A model generated the notes under the pieces. It was given only the letters and a program-made list of their open reading frames with translations. It was not told where the DNA came from and searched no databases. The translations under genes and the position numbers were made by a program. A DNA stretch of 64,000 nucleotides. Source: Sedimentisphaerales bacterium. Lineage in GTDB: Bacteria; Planctomycetota; Phycisphaerae; Sedimentisphaerales; SM23-30. Position 1 is the first letter of the stretch. Each line of letters starts with the position of its first letter. The stretch lies in assembly GCA_963666285.1 (NCBI GenBank), contig OY762711.1. One strand, given 5' to 3'. This document shows, piece after piece, positions 20,080 to 31,800 of the stretch.

Positions 20080-21411
20080 ATGTTTGGATGTCATTTAGGA
20101 AGAAATTTCCAACTTTCTGTTGCCGGTGGATCATACCAGGACGGGCTGACAGCTATGGTACATGGGGTACCGGCCGGGCTTGAATTGTCAGAACAGGAAA
20201 TATACGGTGATTTACTTTTAAGAAAACCCGGTGCCGATGAACTGAGCTCGCCCAGAAAAGAACCTGATATCCCTGTCATCTATACCGGCGTAAACGCTGC
20301 TGATACAATAGAAGACGCAGGAAATAAAGGCCTGACAAACGGTACTCCGCTTACACTGCTGATACCAAACCTTGACAGACACTTTATCCATATCAAACAG
20401 TATCAGGATACCAACCGAACACCTCGTCCCGGTCACGCATCATACGCATCTTTTGTGAAATACGGTCCCTGTGATGATGCCATCGGTGCCGGTATTTTCA
20501 GTGGTCGCTACACATCAACAATCGTAGGCGGCGGCTATATTGCCAAAAAGATACTAAAAAAATGTGGCATAAGAGTGTTTTCATATATTAAAGAAGCAGC
20601 CGGTGTGAAATGCCCGGAAGTTGACCTGGAAAAAGCATATGAATACACCGAAGCATATAAACAAATGCGTTGGGATTACGATCCATTCTATCAGAACCTG
20701 TATATCAATAAGCGTATTACACCTGAAATGCGATTCCTGGAAAAAATCGCGGTACTTTCAGAAGTAGAAGGCCAGATAGATGAAATTCGGGCCCAGCAGA
20801 AGGAAATGAAAGCAGATGAGATAGCAGATAAATACGGCGTTCATCATGTAATCAACAGCCCAGACCTGCAAGCATGCAAAGATATGCTGGAAGCATGTAC
20901 TAAGATAACAGCAACAGGTGATTCATCTGGCGGTACGGTTGAAGTTGTAGCACTTGGCGTTCCTGTCGGGCTGGGCGAACCTGTATTCAATAAGCTGGAC
21001 GCAGAATTAGGTCGCATGCTGGGAATAGGTGCCGTAAAGGGTGTTGAAGTTGGAGCAGGTTTTGCGGTAAAAGATATGACCGGTTATGAATGTAACGATC
21101 AGATCAAATGTGAAAACGGTAAAGTCGTATTTGACAGTAATAATGCCGGTGGTATAACAGGCGGTCTGACAACCGGCCAGCCGGTTATAGCCAGAGTGGC
21201 AGTCAAGCCAACACCTACAATTGACAAACCACAGCATACAATCGACAAATACACAAATGAGAACACAGACCTGGCAGCTATCACCAGACGTGACCCAACA
21301 ATTGTTGGCCGCATCTGGCCGGTCGCAGAAAATTACACTGCACTGGTAATCCTGGACGCCCTAATGCAGAATTGCGGGTACCAGGAAGTAATGAAAATGA
21401 TCCAGGCCTAA
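20080..21411 (+). CDS. aroC: Chorismate synthase family protein (divergent, with internal insertion)
   Basis: [43 protein letters not shown]. Confidence 0.85.
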   Translation: MFGCHLGRNFQLSVAGGSYQDGLTAMVHGVPAGLELSEQEIYGDLLLRKPGADELSSPRKEPDIPVIYTGVNAADTIEDAGNKGLTNGTPLTLLIPNLDRHFIHIKQYQDTNRTPRPGHASYASFVKYGPCDDAIGAGIFSGRYTSTIVGGGYIAKKILKKCGIRVFSYIKEAAGVKCPEVDLEKAYEYTEAYKQMRWDYDPFYQNLYINKRITPEMRFLEKIAVLSEVEGQIDEIRAQQKEMKADEIADKYGVHHVINSPDLQACKDMLEACTKITATGDSSGGTVEVVALGVPVGLGEPVFNKLDAELGRMLGIGAVKGVEVGAGFAVKDMTGYECNDQIKCENGKVVFDSNNAGGITGGLTTGQPVIARVAVKPTPTIDKPQHTIDKYTNENTDLAAITRRDPTIVGRIWPVAENYTALVILDALMQNCGYQEVMKMIQA

Positions 21412-21432
21412 GAGATATTTAATGAAAACTAC

Positions 21433-21466
21433 AAAGGACGACATATACCATGTCGTCCTTTTTTTA
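21433..21466 (+). terminator. Rho-independent terminator between convergent aroC and aquaporin
   Basis: AAAGGACGACAT-ATACC-ATGTCGTCCTTT followed by a T run. Confidence 0.8.
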
Positions 21467-21475
21467 TGAATAGAA

Positions 21476-22174
21476 TCAGCAAAACCTTTCTTTGCTACCG
21501 CAACAAATAAATCTATAAGCAAAAGCTCCAAGCACGGCACCAAGGATAGGCCCTACGATATACGCAGCCAGGTGAGAAAGTTCACCGGAGATAAGAGCCG
21601 GCCCGATACTCCTGGCAGGATTCATTGATGCTCCGCAAACAGGTCCGGCAAATAATGCTTCCAGCGTAACTGTAGCGCCAATAGCAATACCGGCAAGCTC
21701 CCCTACCGCTCTTGTATCAGTTGCAACCGAAACAATAATGAACATTAAAAGAAAAGTAAGAATAAGCTCCCACCAAAATGCAGTAAAAAACATGTCATTT
21801 ATGGGCTGGGTTATGCCGTAATGAAATACGATATCTGGATACTTATGCAATAATGCCGGTATGAGAATGAACTTGTGTAAAAGACTGGCAGATATCGCCC
21901 CCAATACCTGTGAAGACCAATATGGAACCACATTTTTTTTAGGAAAATTCCTGGTAACCATAAAAGCAAGTGTTACAGCCGGGTTAAAATGCGCCCCGGA
22001 AATATGGCCCAAAGAATATATCATGACCATTACTGCAAGTCCAAACGCTATCGATACACCGAAATGAGATATTGGCGATTCCGGCAGCTGTGTAAGCATT
22101 GCCGCTCCACATCCGGCAAATACAATAGCAAAAGCTCCTAAATATTCTGCGACTGATTTTCTTACTAATTCCAT
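21476..22174 (-). CDS. MIP family channel (NIP-like/AqpN-type aquaporin)
   Basis: SGAHFNPAVT and GASMNPARS (two NPA boxes), six TMs. Confidence 0.92.
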   Translation of the reverse strand: MELVRKSVAEYLGAFAIVFAGCGAAMLTQLPESPISHFGVSIAFGLAVMVMIYSLGHISGAHFNPAVTLAFMVTRNFPKKNVVPYWSSQVLGAISASLLHKFILIPALLHKYPDIVFHYGITQPINDMFFTAFWWELILTFLLMFIIVSVATDTRAVGELAGIAIGATVTLEALFAGPVCGASMNPARSIGPALISGELSHLAAYIVGPILGAVLGAFAYRFICCGSKERFC

Positions 22175-22179
22175 TCAAA

Positions 22180-24294
22180 TTACTCCTTACCAGGAGATTG
22201 AAAAGGTACTATTTTCTGAACTTTTCTATTAGCCAGTGATTTACTTACCTCATCATATAATTCTTTTTGAGCTCGAACGCCTTTGCCAGCCGGCAAAGTC
22301 CAGGTCCCGTCAGAATTGAGCTTCCAGGCAGTTTGTTTATCCTTGAAATAAATATCAAGCATTGCTTTCAACCTCGTCTGCTGCCATTGCCCTTCGACAG
22401 GAAACAAAATCTCAAGCCTCTTATCAAGATTTCTAGTCATCCAGTCTGCACTGGAAAGATAATATTCCGATCTTCCACCATTCCCAAAACAGAAAATCCT
22501 GGCATGCTCTAAAAAACGATCAACGATTGATATTACTTTTATATTTTCAGAAACACCTTTCAGTCCGGGCTTCAGACAGCAGATCCCACGTATATTAAGC
22601 TTAATTTTAACACCGGCCTGGGAAGCACTATACAAAGCCTCAATCATTTGCCTGTCCTGCAGTGAATTCATTTTTGCAATAATAGTTCCGGATTCACCTT
22701 TTTCAGCCAGCATAATCTCTCTATCAATTAATTCAATTAGACGACTCTTTAAGGTAATTGGAGCAACAGCAATTTTTTTCCATCTTACAGGTTCGGATAA
22801 ACCGGTTACCAGATTAAAGAAAGCCGAGACATCAACAGCGATATCCTTATTAGACGTCATAAGCCCAAGATCAGCATATATTTTAGCAGTTTTGTCATGA
22901 TAATTACCAGTTGCGAGATGTACGTATTGACGCAGCCTGCCAGCTTCTTTTCGCACAATCAAAAGAGCCTTAGAATGAATTTTATACTTTGCAACTCCAT
23001 AGACAACAAAACATCCGGCATCTTCAAGCCTGCGAGCCCATTTGATATTCTGCTGTTCATCAAATCTTGCCTTCAACTCAACAACAACTGTCACCTGTTT
23101 ACCTGATTCAGCAGCACGTTCCAACGCCCTGATAATTGGAGAGTCTCCACTGGTGCGATACAGGGTCTGCTTAATCGCCAATACGCAAGGGTCATCAGCA
23201 GCTTTATTTATCAAATCTACTACCGGTTGAAATGACTCATACGGATGAGATAAAAGGATATCTCTTTCCTGTAAAGTTGCAAAAATATCAGTTGAATCAG
23301 CCAGTCCCAATGCCGGCTGAGGAGGCCAGTCAGGGATTTTCAGATGGTCAAACCCAATGCAGAAACAAATAGACATAGCCTCATTTGCTCCTATCAAGCT
23401 GGAGATTCTAAAAGTATCAAGCTCTGTCAGTTCCAAAGATTCATGCAGCCAGTCAACAATCTCATAGTCCAGATCATCTGAAACTTCAAGCCTTATCGGG
23501 CTTCTGCGACGTCTGGACCGTACTGCCTGCTCAACAGTAGCCAGCAAATCAGCAGCTTCATCATCCTGAATATCGACATCAGCATCCCGGGTAAGCTTAA
23601 AATAACCTCCGGATAAAATCTCAAAATCTGGCAGCAGCTCCTGGGCATTTGCCAATATGATCTGCTCCTGAGGAATTAGAATTCTTTCGTTTACGGTATT
23701 TGTTAACGGAATAAATCGAGGAATCGCAGACAGCAGAGGGATAATCACATAACTTAATCCATCTTTGTCAGCAAAAGCCGACTCTTCATTCAATGGCTTA
23801 ACCTTTAAGATCACGTTAAGTTGACCGCCGGGCAGCCAGGGCAGCTCACGATCTGACGGAATGGTTAAAACGGTAACAGCAGGTTTAATATCAGAGTGGA
23901 AAAAACTCATAGCAGACTCTATTTGAGCTTCGTCACATCCGGAAATATCCAGTATCCTGATACCTTCAGTAGATAAATGTTTTATTATCTGGTTAAGAAT
24001 TTTACAGTGGTTAGTATTTAATTCCTGTATTTTATCACTTATTTCAACAAGCTGTTGAGAGGGAGTAAGCCCTGATAGATCTTTTTTTCTGACAGAAGAA
24101 GCTATCTGCTGTTTGAGACCGGCTACTCTAATCATATAAAACTCTTCAAGATTAGAACTGAATATTGCAGAAAACTTGAGTCGTTCCAATATCGGAAGGT
24201 CATCCCGACCGGCCTGGTATAAGACCCTTTCATTAAAAGCAATCCAGCTCAATTCCCTGTTAATAAAATGTTTTTCGGTAAAAATTGATGTCAT
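22180..24294 (-). CDS. ppk1: Polyphosphate kinase 1
   Basis: NRELSW, HPYESF, IKQTLYR, ELKARFDE, TGNY, DRFLEH, SSADWM. Confidence 0.97.
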   Translation of the reverse strand: MTSIFTEKHFINRELSWIAFNERVLYQAGRDDLPILERLKFSAIFSSNLEEFYMIRVAGLKQQIASSVRKKDLSGLTPSQQLVEISDKIQELNTNHCKILNQIIKHLSTEGIRILDISGCDEAQIESAMSFFHSDIKPAVTVLTIPSDRELPWLPGGQLNVILKVKPLNEESAFADKDGLSYVIIPLLSAIPRFIPLTNTVNERILIPQEQIILANAQELLPDFEILSGGYFKLTRDADVDIQDDEAADLLATVEQAVRSRRRRSPIRLEVSDDLDYEIVDWLHESLELTELDTFRISSLIGANEAMSICFCIGFDHLKIPDWPPQPALGLADSTDIFATLQERDILLSHPYESFQPVVDLINKAADDPCVLAIKQTLYRTSGDSPIIRALERAAESGKQVTVVVELKARFDEQQNIKWARRLEDAGCFVVYGVAKYKIHSKALLIVRKEAGRLRQYVHLATGNYHDKTAKIYADLGLMTSNKDIAVDVSAFFNLVTGLSEPVRWKKIAVAPITLKSRLIELIDREIMLAEKGESGTIIAKMNSLQDRQMIEALYSASQAGVKIKLNIRGICCLKPGLKGVSENIKVISIVDRFLEHARIFCFGNGGRSEYYLSSADWMTRNLDKRLEILFPVEGQWQQTRLKAMLDIYFKDKQTAWKLNSDGTWTLPAGKGVRAQKELYDEVSKSLANRKVQKIVPFQSPGKE

Positions 24295-24296
24295 TT

Positions 24297-25859
24297 CTAA
24301 CTCTCATCAGCACTAATAGAAATACAAAAAATATCTTCCAGTATCTTGGCAGCGCGATTTATCTGTTTCATTCTGCTGCCGGTATTGCTAAAGGAAGTTT
24401 CAATTTGAATAGTATCATTATTTAGTCTAAATTTAATTTCATCTTTAATTCCGACAACTGAAGCCAACGAAATAGCAAAACGTAAAATCGCCGCCAGTTT
24501 GTTAACGGTCATTCTCTGAGCTCTTGGCAATGAGATATAATCAGTATGTGAATTTTTGGGCAAGCTCCTTCGATGGTATCTGGCAACCTGTGCAACCAGA
24601 TTGAGGTCGGCATTATCCAAACCAAATATTTCAGAGTTTGAAATTATGTAATATGTATGTTTATGGTATGCACGGGTAGAAATAAATGTGCCTACGCGAT
24701 GTAAAACAGCAGCTATCTCAAGTAAGACACAAAACCTTGGGTTTAAATTATGCAATGGGGTAAGATCATCAAACAACCGTTTACACCAGTGTACAACGGT
24801 TTCGTATTCTTCTGAATTGATAAGATACTTATCTGCAAGTGCATGGGCAGAATGAATGGCCTCCCGCCAGGTAAAATCCTGCTTTGCCCCAGATTGGGTA
24901 TTGAATATATCAGCCAGAATCCCTTCTCTCATATTAACCATTGGGACATATATTTCCTTGACTTCAGTCATTTTGACCAGAGCCTGGTATATTGCAAATG
25001 CCGGATTCAAAGTCTCAGCAGTCGACAATGTAATTTCACTGTACTTCATCGCCAATTCTGAAGGAGACATTTTCTGCATTTTTTTTACATACTTCTGAAA
25101 TACTTCGTTTGATACGGTTACAACACCATCGCTTTCTTCCTGTCCATCGCGATGAGCAACAAACCGTATATCAGACCCAAGCAGAACAAGCTTATCTACC
25201 TTATTCAGCGATATTAGACTGCGAGTTGTATCAACAAAAGAATTCAAACGATATACTGCCTGCTGATATACTTCCGACCAGGCAGACTGCCAGTTATAAT
25301 ATTCTTCCAAAAGTTTTACCGCACCAAGGCCAATGGTATGAGAAGCAATAATATCACCATCGTGAACTAAAGTTAAAAGGGTACTACCTCCTCCGGCATC
25401 AACTACCAACACATTGCCCTTAAGCAACTGGTCATTACGGTCGATTTTACTGTATATTGCCATAACCATAAGACGGCTTTCTTCTGAAGTATCGATAACC
25501 TCAACCTCTACCCCGGTAGCTATCATTGCCCTATCAAGAAAGACATCAGCATTTACTGCTTCCCGAACCGCACTCGTTGCTACTACCCGACAATAATTAA
25601 CTTTATAGGCTTTGAGAATTCCGGTAAATTCTCGTAAGATGCCAATAGCCTTCTGCATGACTTTTCTGCCAATACGACCACTGCTAAATGTGTCGTGGCC
25701 AAGCAAAACAGTCTTATGCAGACTTTCAAGTATCTCTACTTCCCCATCAGGAGCCTTCTGGCCAATTATCATCCGAATAGCATTTGAGCCAATGTCAATG
25801 GCTGCCGCGGTAATTTCATCCAGGTTATTATTTTCACAAAATACTTTATTAACCATCAC
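24297..25859 (-). CDS. ppx: Ppx/GppA exopolyphosphatase
   Basis: IDIGSNAIR, ATSAVREA, DAGGGST, REGI, C-terminal HD-like domain. Confidence 0.9.
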   Translation of the reverse strand: MMVNKVFCENNNLDEITAAAIDIGSNAIRMIIGQKAPDGEVEILESLHKTVLLGHDTFSSGRIGRKVMQKAIGILREFTGILKAYKVNYCRVVATSAVREAVNADVFLDRAMIATGVEVEVIDTSEESRLMVMAIYSKIDRNDQLLKGNVLVVDAGGGSTLLTLVHDGDIIASHTIGLGAVKLLEEYYNWQSAWSEVYQQAVYRLNSFVDTTRSLISLNKVDKLVLLGSDIRFVAHRDGQEESDGVVTVSNEVFQKYVKKMQKMSPSELAMKYSEITLSTAETLNPAFAIYQALVKMTEVKEIYVPMVNMREGILADIFNTQSGAKQDFTWREAIHSAHALADKYLINSEEYETVVHWCKRLFDDLTPLHNLNPRFCVLLEIAAVLHRVGTFISTRAYHKHTYYIISNSEIFGLDNADLNLVAQVARYHRRSLPKNSHTDYISLPRAQRMTVNKLAAILRFAISLASVVGIKDEIKFRLNNDTIQIETSFSNTGSRMKQINRAAKILEDIFCISISADES

Positions 25860-26006
25860 TAAATAAGTCCTTTCATTATAACTTATTACAAAATAGTATA
25901 TTAGCCAGAATGAAGAGATTCAATGTTAATTTCATATTAAGTTTTCGTTAACAATTCCAGAAAAAATGTTTTGATAATTTCCCTACGCTGCCGATAATAA
26001 AAGCTG

Positions 26007-27155
26007 ATGGAAACCGAACAAAAACTTAACATACTGGCAGATTCGAGCAAATTTGACCTGGCATGCTCATGCAGACTAAAAGATGAACCAGGTCGAGTTC
26101 GCGGCGAAGCCGGTAAATGGATTTACCCGGCCTCCCTGCCTGACGGTCGTAAAACCTTTCTAATGAAGGTCTTACAGTCAAACGAATGTATAAATGACTG
26201 CAAATACTGCCCTTTTAACGACAATCGAGACCTGCAAAGATGCAGTTTATCGCCGGAAGAGCTGGCAAATAAGTTCATAGAGCTATATAGCGTCAAAATG
26301 GTCGAGGGATTATTTCTTTCGTCCGGAATCAGCTGCAGTGCCGATCAGACCATGACAAAAATGATCGATACGATATCGTTATTGAGATACAAACACCATT
26401 TTAAGGGATTTATTCATTTGAAAATTGTTCCCGGGTGCAGCGATGAAGCGATCCGACAGGCGGTAAACCTGGCAACAAGGGTTTCTGTCAACATTGAAGC
26501 TCCAAATGAAAAACGTCTTGGAAAACTCAGCAGCAAAAAGAATTTCAAAGACGGCATTATTCACAGCATGAAAATGATCAATCATTATCGTCAGAATTTG
26601 AATAGACATTGCTGTCAGACTACCCAGTTTGTGGTTGGAGCTGCCGGAGAAACGGATAAGGAGATACTTTCTGCCACCTGGCGATTATACACCGGCTATG
26701 AAATGGAAAGAATATACTATTCAGCCTATCAGCCGTTAATGGAAAGTGCAAAACCGGCATCGGGAACTCAAATGGCTTTATTTGCAGATATTCCCCTGGC
26801 TAATCCTAAAAAAGCTAATTCCAGCTTTATACGTGAACACAGGCTATATCAGACTGATTACTTGTTTAGAAAATACGGTTTTTCCGAAAATGATATTCTA
26901 CTCGATCCTGAAGGCAATCTCGACCTTGAACTAGACCCAAAACAGATATGGGCCAACAGCCATCCCGAGTTTTTCCCAATAGATATTAACCGGGCAGACT
27001 ATTATGAACTGCTAAGAGTACCTGGAATTGGACCAATTCTGGCAAAAAGGATTGTAAAATGGCGAAAAAAAGGCATAATTCAATATTATCATGCAAAAAA
27101 GATAGGAATAAACTTAAATAAAAGCGGTAACTATATATTTTGGAAGAAAAAATGA
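26007..27155 (+). CDS. Putative DNA modification/repair radical SAM protein (TIGR03916-like) with C-terminal HhH
   Basis: CINDCKYC, GLFLSS, HLKIVPG, REHRLYQTD, LLRVPGIGP. Confidence 0.88.
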   Translation: METEQKLNILADSSKFDLACSCRLKDEPGRVRGEAGKWIYPASLPDGRKTFLMKVLQSNECINDCKYCPFNDNRDLQRCSLSPEELANKFIELYSVKMVEGLFLSSGISCSADQTMTKMIDTISLLRYKHHFKGFIHLKIVPGCSDEAIRQAVNLATRVSVNIEAPNEKRLGKLSSKKNFKDGIIHSMKMINHYRQNLNRHCCQTTQFVVGAAGETDKEILSATWRLYTGYEMERIYYSAYQPLMESAKPASGTQMALFADIPLANPKKANSSFIREHRLYQTDYLFRKYGFSENDILLDPEGNLDLELDPKQIWANSHPEFFPIDINRADYYELLRVPGIGPILAKRIVKWRKKGIIQYYHAKKIGINLNKSGNYIFWKKK

Positions 27156-28033
27156 ACCATATTATCATCGAAAAATTTGGAAAATACCCTGAAATTAAAT
27201 GCCTGGACCATGGCTTTGTAAAATTAATCGACTGTATGCCCGGAATGCTCCCTGAAGGTGAAGATTCTGCCGACTATGCAATTGCAGAAGCTGCCAGGTG
27301 CAGTTATCAGAGAGGCACCAAAACACTTAATGACGATAAAGAACTGATTCGCTATCTAATCAGGCATCTGCATACATCTCCGCTGGAAATGGTTGAATTC
27401 AAGTTTCATATCAAACTGCCGGTTTTCGTTGCCAGGCAGTGGCTTCGCCATCGCACTGCAAGCCTGAACGAACTGAGCGGAAGATATTCCGAAATGCCAG
27501 AAGAATACTACCTGCCGCCGCTCGAAGAGATGCGTACCCAGGGAAAAACCAATAAACAAGGTTCCGGTGAAGGCACTATCGAAAATAATGACAAAATCAA
27601 AAAAATGATTGAAGATACCAATAAAGGCAGCTTTGACACTTACCATAAATGTCTTGAAGCCGGACTGGTTAGAGAATTGTCAAGAACGGTTCTGCCGCTG
27701 GCGGTCTATACCGAGATGTATTGGAAAATGGACCTGCACAACCTGCTGCATTTCCTGGACCTGAGATGTGACAGCCACGCCCAGAAGGAAATACGGGTAT
27801 ATGCAGACGCTATGCTGGAGTTAATTACCCCGATTGTACCATACACAATTGAAGCCTGGGAAGACTACAGCAGCTACCGGGGCGGAATGACTCTAACCGC
27901 AAAAGAAATTAAAAGCCTGAAGGAATACATGGCAGACCCATCAGAAGAGGCATTAAAAATAAAAAATGCGGGTAAAATTGAAAATATTGAATGGCAGAAT
28001 AAATTAAAAAAGATTCTACCAAATGATAACTAA
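27152..28033 (+). CDS. thyX: FAD-dependent thymidylate synthase
   Basis: HTSPLE, RQWLRHRTASLNELSGRY signature, HAQKEIR; ATGA overlap with the upstream gene. Confidence 0.95.
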   Translation: MNHIIIEKFGKYPEIKCLDHGFVKLIDCMPGMLPEGEDSADYAIAEAARCSYQRGTKTLNDDKELIRYLIRHLHTSPLEMVEFKFHIKLPVFVARQWLRHRTASLNELSGRYSEMPEEYYLPPLEEMRTQGKTNKQGSGEGTIENNDKIKKMIEDTNKGSFDTYHKCLEAGLVRELSRTVLPLAVYTEMYWKMDLHNLLHFLDLRCDSHAQKEIRVYADAMLELITPIVPYTIEAWEDYSSYRGGMTLTAKEIKSLKEYMADPSEEALKIKNAGKIENIEWQNKLKKILPNDN

Positions 28034-28063
28034 TTATCAGTAAATAATTACTAAGGAGCAACG

Positions 28064-28816
28064 ATGGACAGAAGATCATTTGTAGCAAGCAGTTTAGCGC
28101 TGGGAAGTGCATCAATAATGTTAACCGGGTGCAGCGTACCTAAATCCGACTGCTGTAAAAAAGGTAAATCCTTTTTTCCCAAAGGCGGCACAATACTATT
28201 TCAAGGTGACTCGATAACCGATGCACATAGAGATCGTAACAAACAGACAAATGCTAATGACAGCGGTGCGCTCGGTAGAGGCTATGTATATTCAATTGCC
28301 ACCCAGTTGTTAACCGACCATGCCGAAGATGATCTGAAAATCTATAATACCGGGATTAGCGGCAACAAGGTCTACCAGCTGGCAGAAAGATGGCAGAAAG
28401 ACTGCCTGGACTTCAAACCGGATGTACTTAGCATATTAATCGGTGTTAATGATATCTGGCATACTTTAAACGGTAATTATAACGGAACTGTTGAAAAATA
28501 TGAGAAAGATTACAGAGCGTTACTGGAACGTACATTAAAAGCTTTACCAGATGTAAAACTGGTAATCTGCGAGCCTTTTGTCCTACGCTGCGGAGCAGTC
28601 ACCGATAAATGGTTCCCGGAATTTGATGGCTATCGCGCTTCTGCAAAAAAAATATCAGAAGAATTTAATACACTGTTTGTCCCATTCCAATCCATGTTTG
28701 ATAAAGTGGTCGAAATGACTCCTCCTCAACACTGGGCCGCTGACGGTGTTCACCCCACAATGGCAGGTGCTTATCTTATGGGCCAGGAATGGATAAAGAC
28801 AGTGCGAGATGCCTAA
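28064..28816 (+). CDS. SGNH/GDSL hydrolase with Tat-like (lipo)protein signal
   Basis: MDRRSF leader, FQGDSIT, GVND, DGVHP. Confidence 0.92.
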   Translation: MDRRSFVASSLALGSASIMLTGCSVPKSDCCKKGKSFFPKGGTILFQGDSITDAHRDRNKQTNANDSGALGRGYVYSIATQLLTDHAEDDLKIYNTGISGNKVYQLAERWQKDCLDFKPDVLSILIGVNDIWHTLNGNYNGTVEKYEKDYRALLERTLKALPDVKLVICEPFVLRCGAVTDKWFPEFDGYRASAKKISEEFNTLFVPFQSMFDKVVEMTPPQHWAADGVHPTMAGAYLMGQEWIKTVRDA

Positions 28817-28830
28817 GCATTATTACCGTA

Positions 28831-31800
28831 TCAAATCACATCCAGGAAAAACCATGCTTGACTCTGGCCAGTTTCTATTAAAGAATTGGCCAGGGTTTCA
28901 AGATTTTTAATTGAAGAATTCAATGGATCCGCTACCTTAACCTTTTGAGGATTCCAATTTCCACTGACCGCACCAATAAGTAACCTGTCATCACCAACGA
29001 TCGAAACACTGCCAAGCGATGCTTTTTTGATATTGCCGGCAGCAATAATCGAATTTAATGTTGATATACTGTTGGCATCAACTGCCTTTCCGGTAACCAG
29101 AATACTGCGAATTTCGGCATTATCATCGAGATATATCTCTGGTACGCTATCAAGCAGATTATCTGTTGACTCTACCCCGGCCAAAAGTTCAACCCCGTCT
29201 ATTCCACCGCATTTGATACTTTTAATATTGCCGCCGGAATATATGCTGCCGTCCCTTAGCCAGCCGGCAGTTTTTATAGAGCCTATTTCATTTGAATAAA
29301 AATAAATATCTCTTATATCATCTACTGCTTTCACTGTATTGATTAAACCAGCCGAATATATATCAAGCTCACTTATCGACTGGGCTTTTATCGACTTCAC
29401 ATTATCAACATTTGCAATTTTCAGATTATCAATTTCGTTTTTTGCCAAAACAGTTCCAATATCACAGTTGAGATTCCAGGTTCCATCTGAGATACTTGTT
29501 TTTGCCTTGACTGATTTCACTGGAATACTGCCATTAACGGTAATCATGCCCTTGATATAACTATTAGAACTAATAGTGCCAAGCGTATCTGCTACTAATT
29601 CAGCATCAGACTCCATAGCATTAACTTTTATTGAGCTGATACCACTTGAAAGCATTATTGTGTTAGTAAATCCATCATTATCACCAAAAACATTTAGCTG
29701 TACTTTTGCCGGTATATCACCAGAACCGGTTAAAATAATATCAGCGTCATTAACAATATATCCAATATCCAGGCTCGCAACTGAACCGACGCCATAAATA
29801 CCGACACCATCAACTACCAGTCCCGAAGCTTTCAAACTGGCTAAATTTGCCTGTATATCCATTTGCTGGATACTGGTATTAGCCTCTTTAGCTGTAATAA
29901 TTTGAACATAACTCACTCCAGGAAGAACAACCATCTTTCCAATATCGACGTTTGTATCCTCAGAGAAATATAATTTAGCTATCCCTGAATCCACTTTTAC
30001 TGTCACCTTGTTGTTATTACTGTCAGTAAAGATATAAGGATTATCCGGGGAAACTTCAACTTCTTTTTCATATGCAACCTGTACATATGCAGTCAAAGTA
30101 ATTTTATCTCCCTGCATATCCAATAATGTATATTCAAAGCTATCCAGACCGGTATATCCGGAATCAGAGATATAATGCAAAGAACCATTCTCTAAGGCTG
30201 CTATCCCATGAGCCGGCTGCTGATAAGATAGCAAGGAAACATAAACACTGTTAACATCACCAACAATCTGTCGAATTCCGGTATCAGTTTTAACCGCAGG
30301 AATACTTTCAACCGGATTATCTTGTGAAGGCGGTACGATCAAAGTCAAGCTCGCAGCAGATGGACTGGAAATAGAATCACTCACTGCATACGGAATATAG
30401 CATTTATTCTCAGAGATAATAATATTATCACCATTACGTGCAGCAAATATAATATCCATACCGCCATCATTATTCAGGTCGGCAGCAAAAACACAATATG
30501 CCCCGTTTGCCTGATCTGTTATTATTTTTTCCGAGCTGAAATCTCCATTGCCGTCATTTTCATACCATGCGATCTTATCATCATTATATGAGGCTGAAAC
30601 TACATCTATATCACCGTCATTATCATAATCTGCGGCATAAACACTTCTGGCACCATCAGCCTGGTATGTTATCGTTCTTGCTATGTTAAAGGTTCCAGTT
30701 CCATTATTTTCATACCAGGCGATTTTATCATCAGCACTTGAAGCGGACAATACATCCATATCACCGTCATTGTCAAGATCTGCGGCATAAACACTCCTGG
30801 CTCCGTCAGCCTGGTATGTTATCACCTGGACATTAAAACTGCCAGTTCCATCATTTTCATACCAGGTAATCTTATCATCGTTAAATGATGCAGACAAGAC
30901 ATCCATATCACCATCATTGTCAAGATCTGCTGAATAAACACAGTAAGCTCCGTCAGCCTGGTCTGTTATGATATTCTGTGCAGTGAAACTCCCTTTTCCG
31001 GTATTCTCATACCAGGCAATTTTATTGTCATCATATGAAGCTGCCAAAACGTCCATATCACCATCATTGTCAAGATCAGCAGCATAAACACTGGATGCAG
31101 CGTATGCCTGGTCTGTAATAATAATTTGTATACTGAAATTCCCATCACCATCATTTTCATACCAGGCAATTTTATCATCAATATATGAAGCTGACAAGAC
31201 ATCAATATCTCCATCATTATCAAGGTCAGCGGCATAAACACTCCTGGCCCCATCTGCCAGATAAGAAATTACCTTTTGAGTAGAAAAACTGCCATTACCA
31301 TTATTTTCATACCAGGCAATCATATCATCATTATAAGAAACTGACAATAAATCCATATCTCCATCATTATCGAGGTCTGCGGCATATACGCTAACAGGTT
31401 CGTCCACCTGGTTAGTCAGTTCAAAAGATGAAAATTGATCTTCTAAGCTTAATGTTACAATATCTACCCCAAATGAATTATTGTCAGAAATATATCTAAA
31501 TGAACCATCTGAAAAAACTTCAAGTCTGCCAAGATTTGTATTATATTGGCCCGCTCCAATAATTGACAAAGGTGAATTTTCCGGATCATAATCATTAGCC
31601 AGTAAACCATCACTACCGGAAACATTCAAAGTGCTATTGTCCGAAACAATATAAATATCAGGAACGGTAACCGGAGACTGGTTTTCTTCTGTTACCGATA
31701 TATACACAACAGCAGAATCAGTATTAGATAGAACATTATCTGTTATCGTATAAGTAAATGAATCAAGACCAACATAGCCATAATCCGGGGCATAAACAAA

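Noticed and set aside
30400..31410. Regular repeats as a CRISPR array
   Set aside because: In-frame ~150-bp degenerate coding repeats with no unique spacers and no cas genes.
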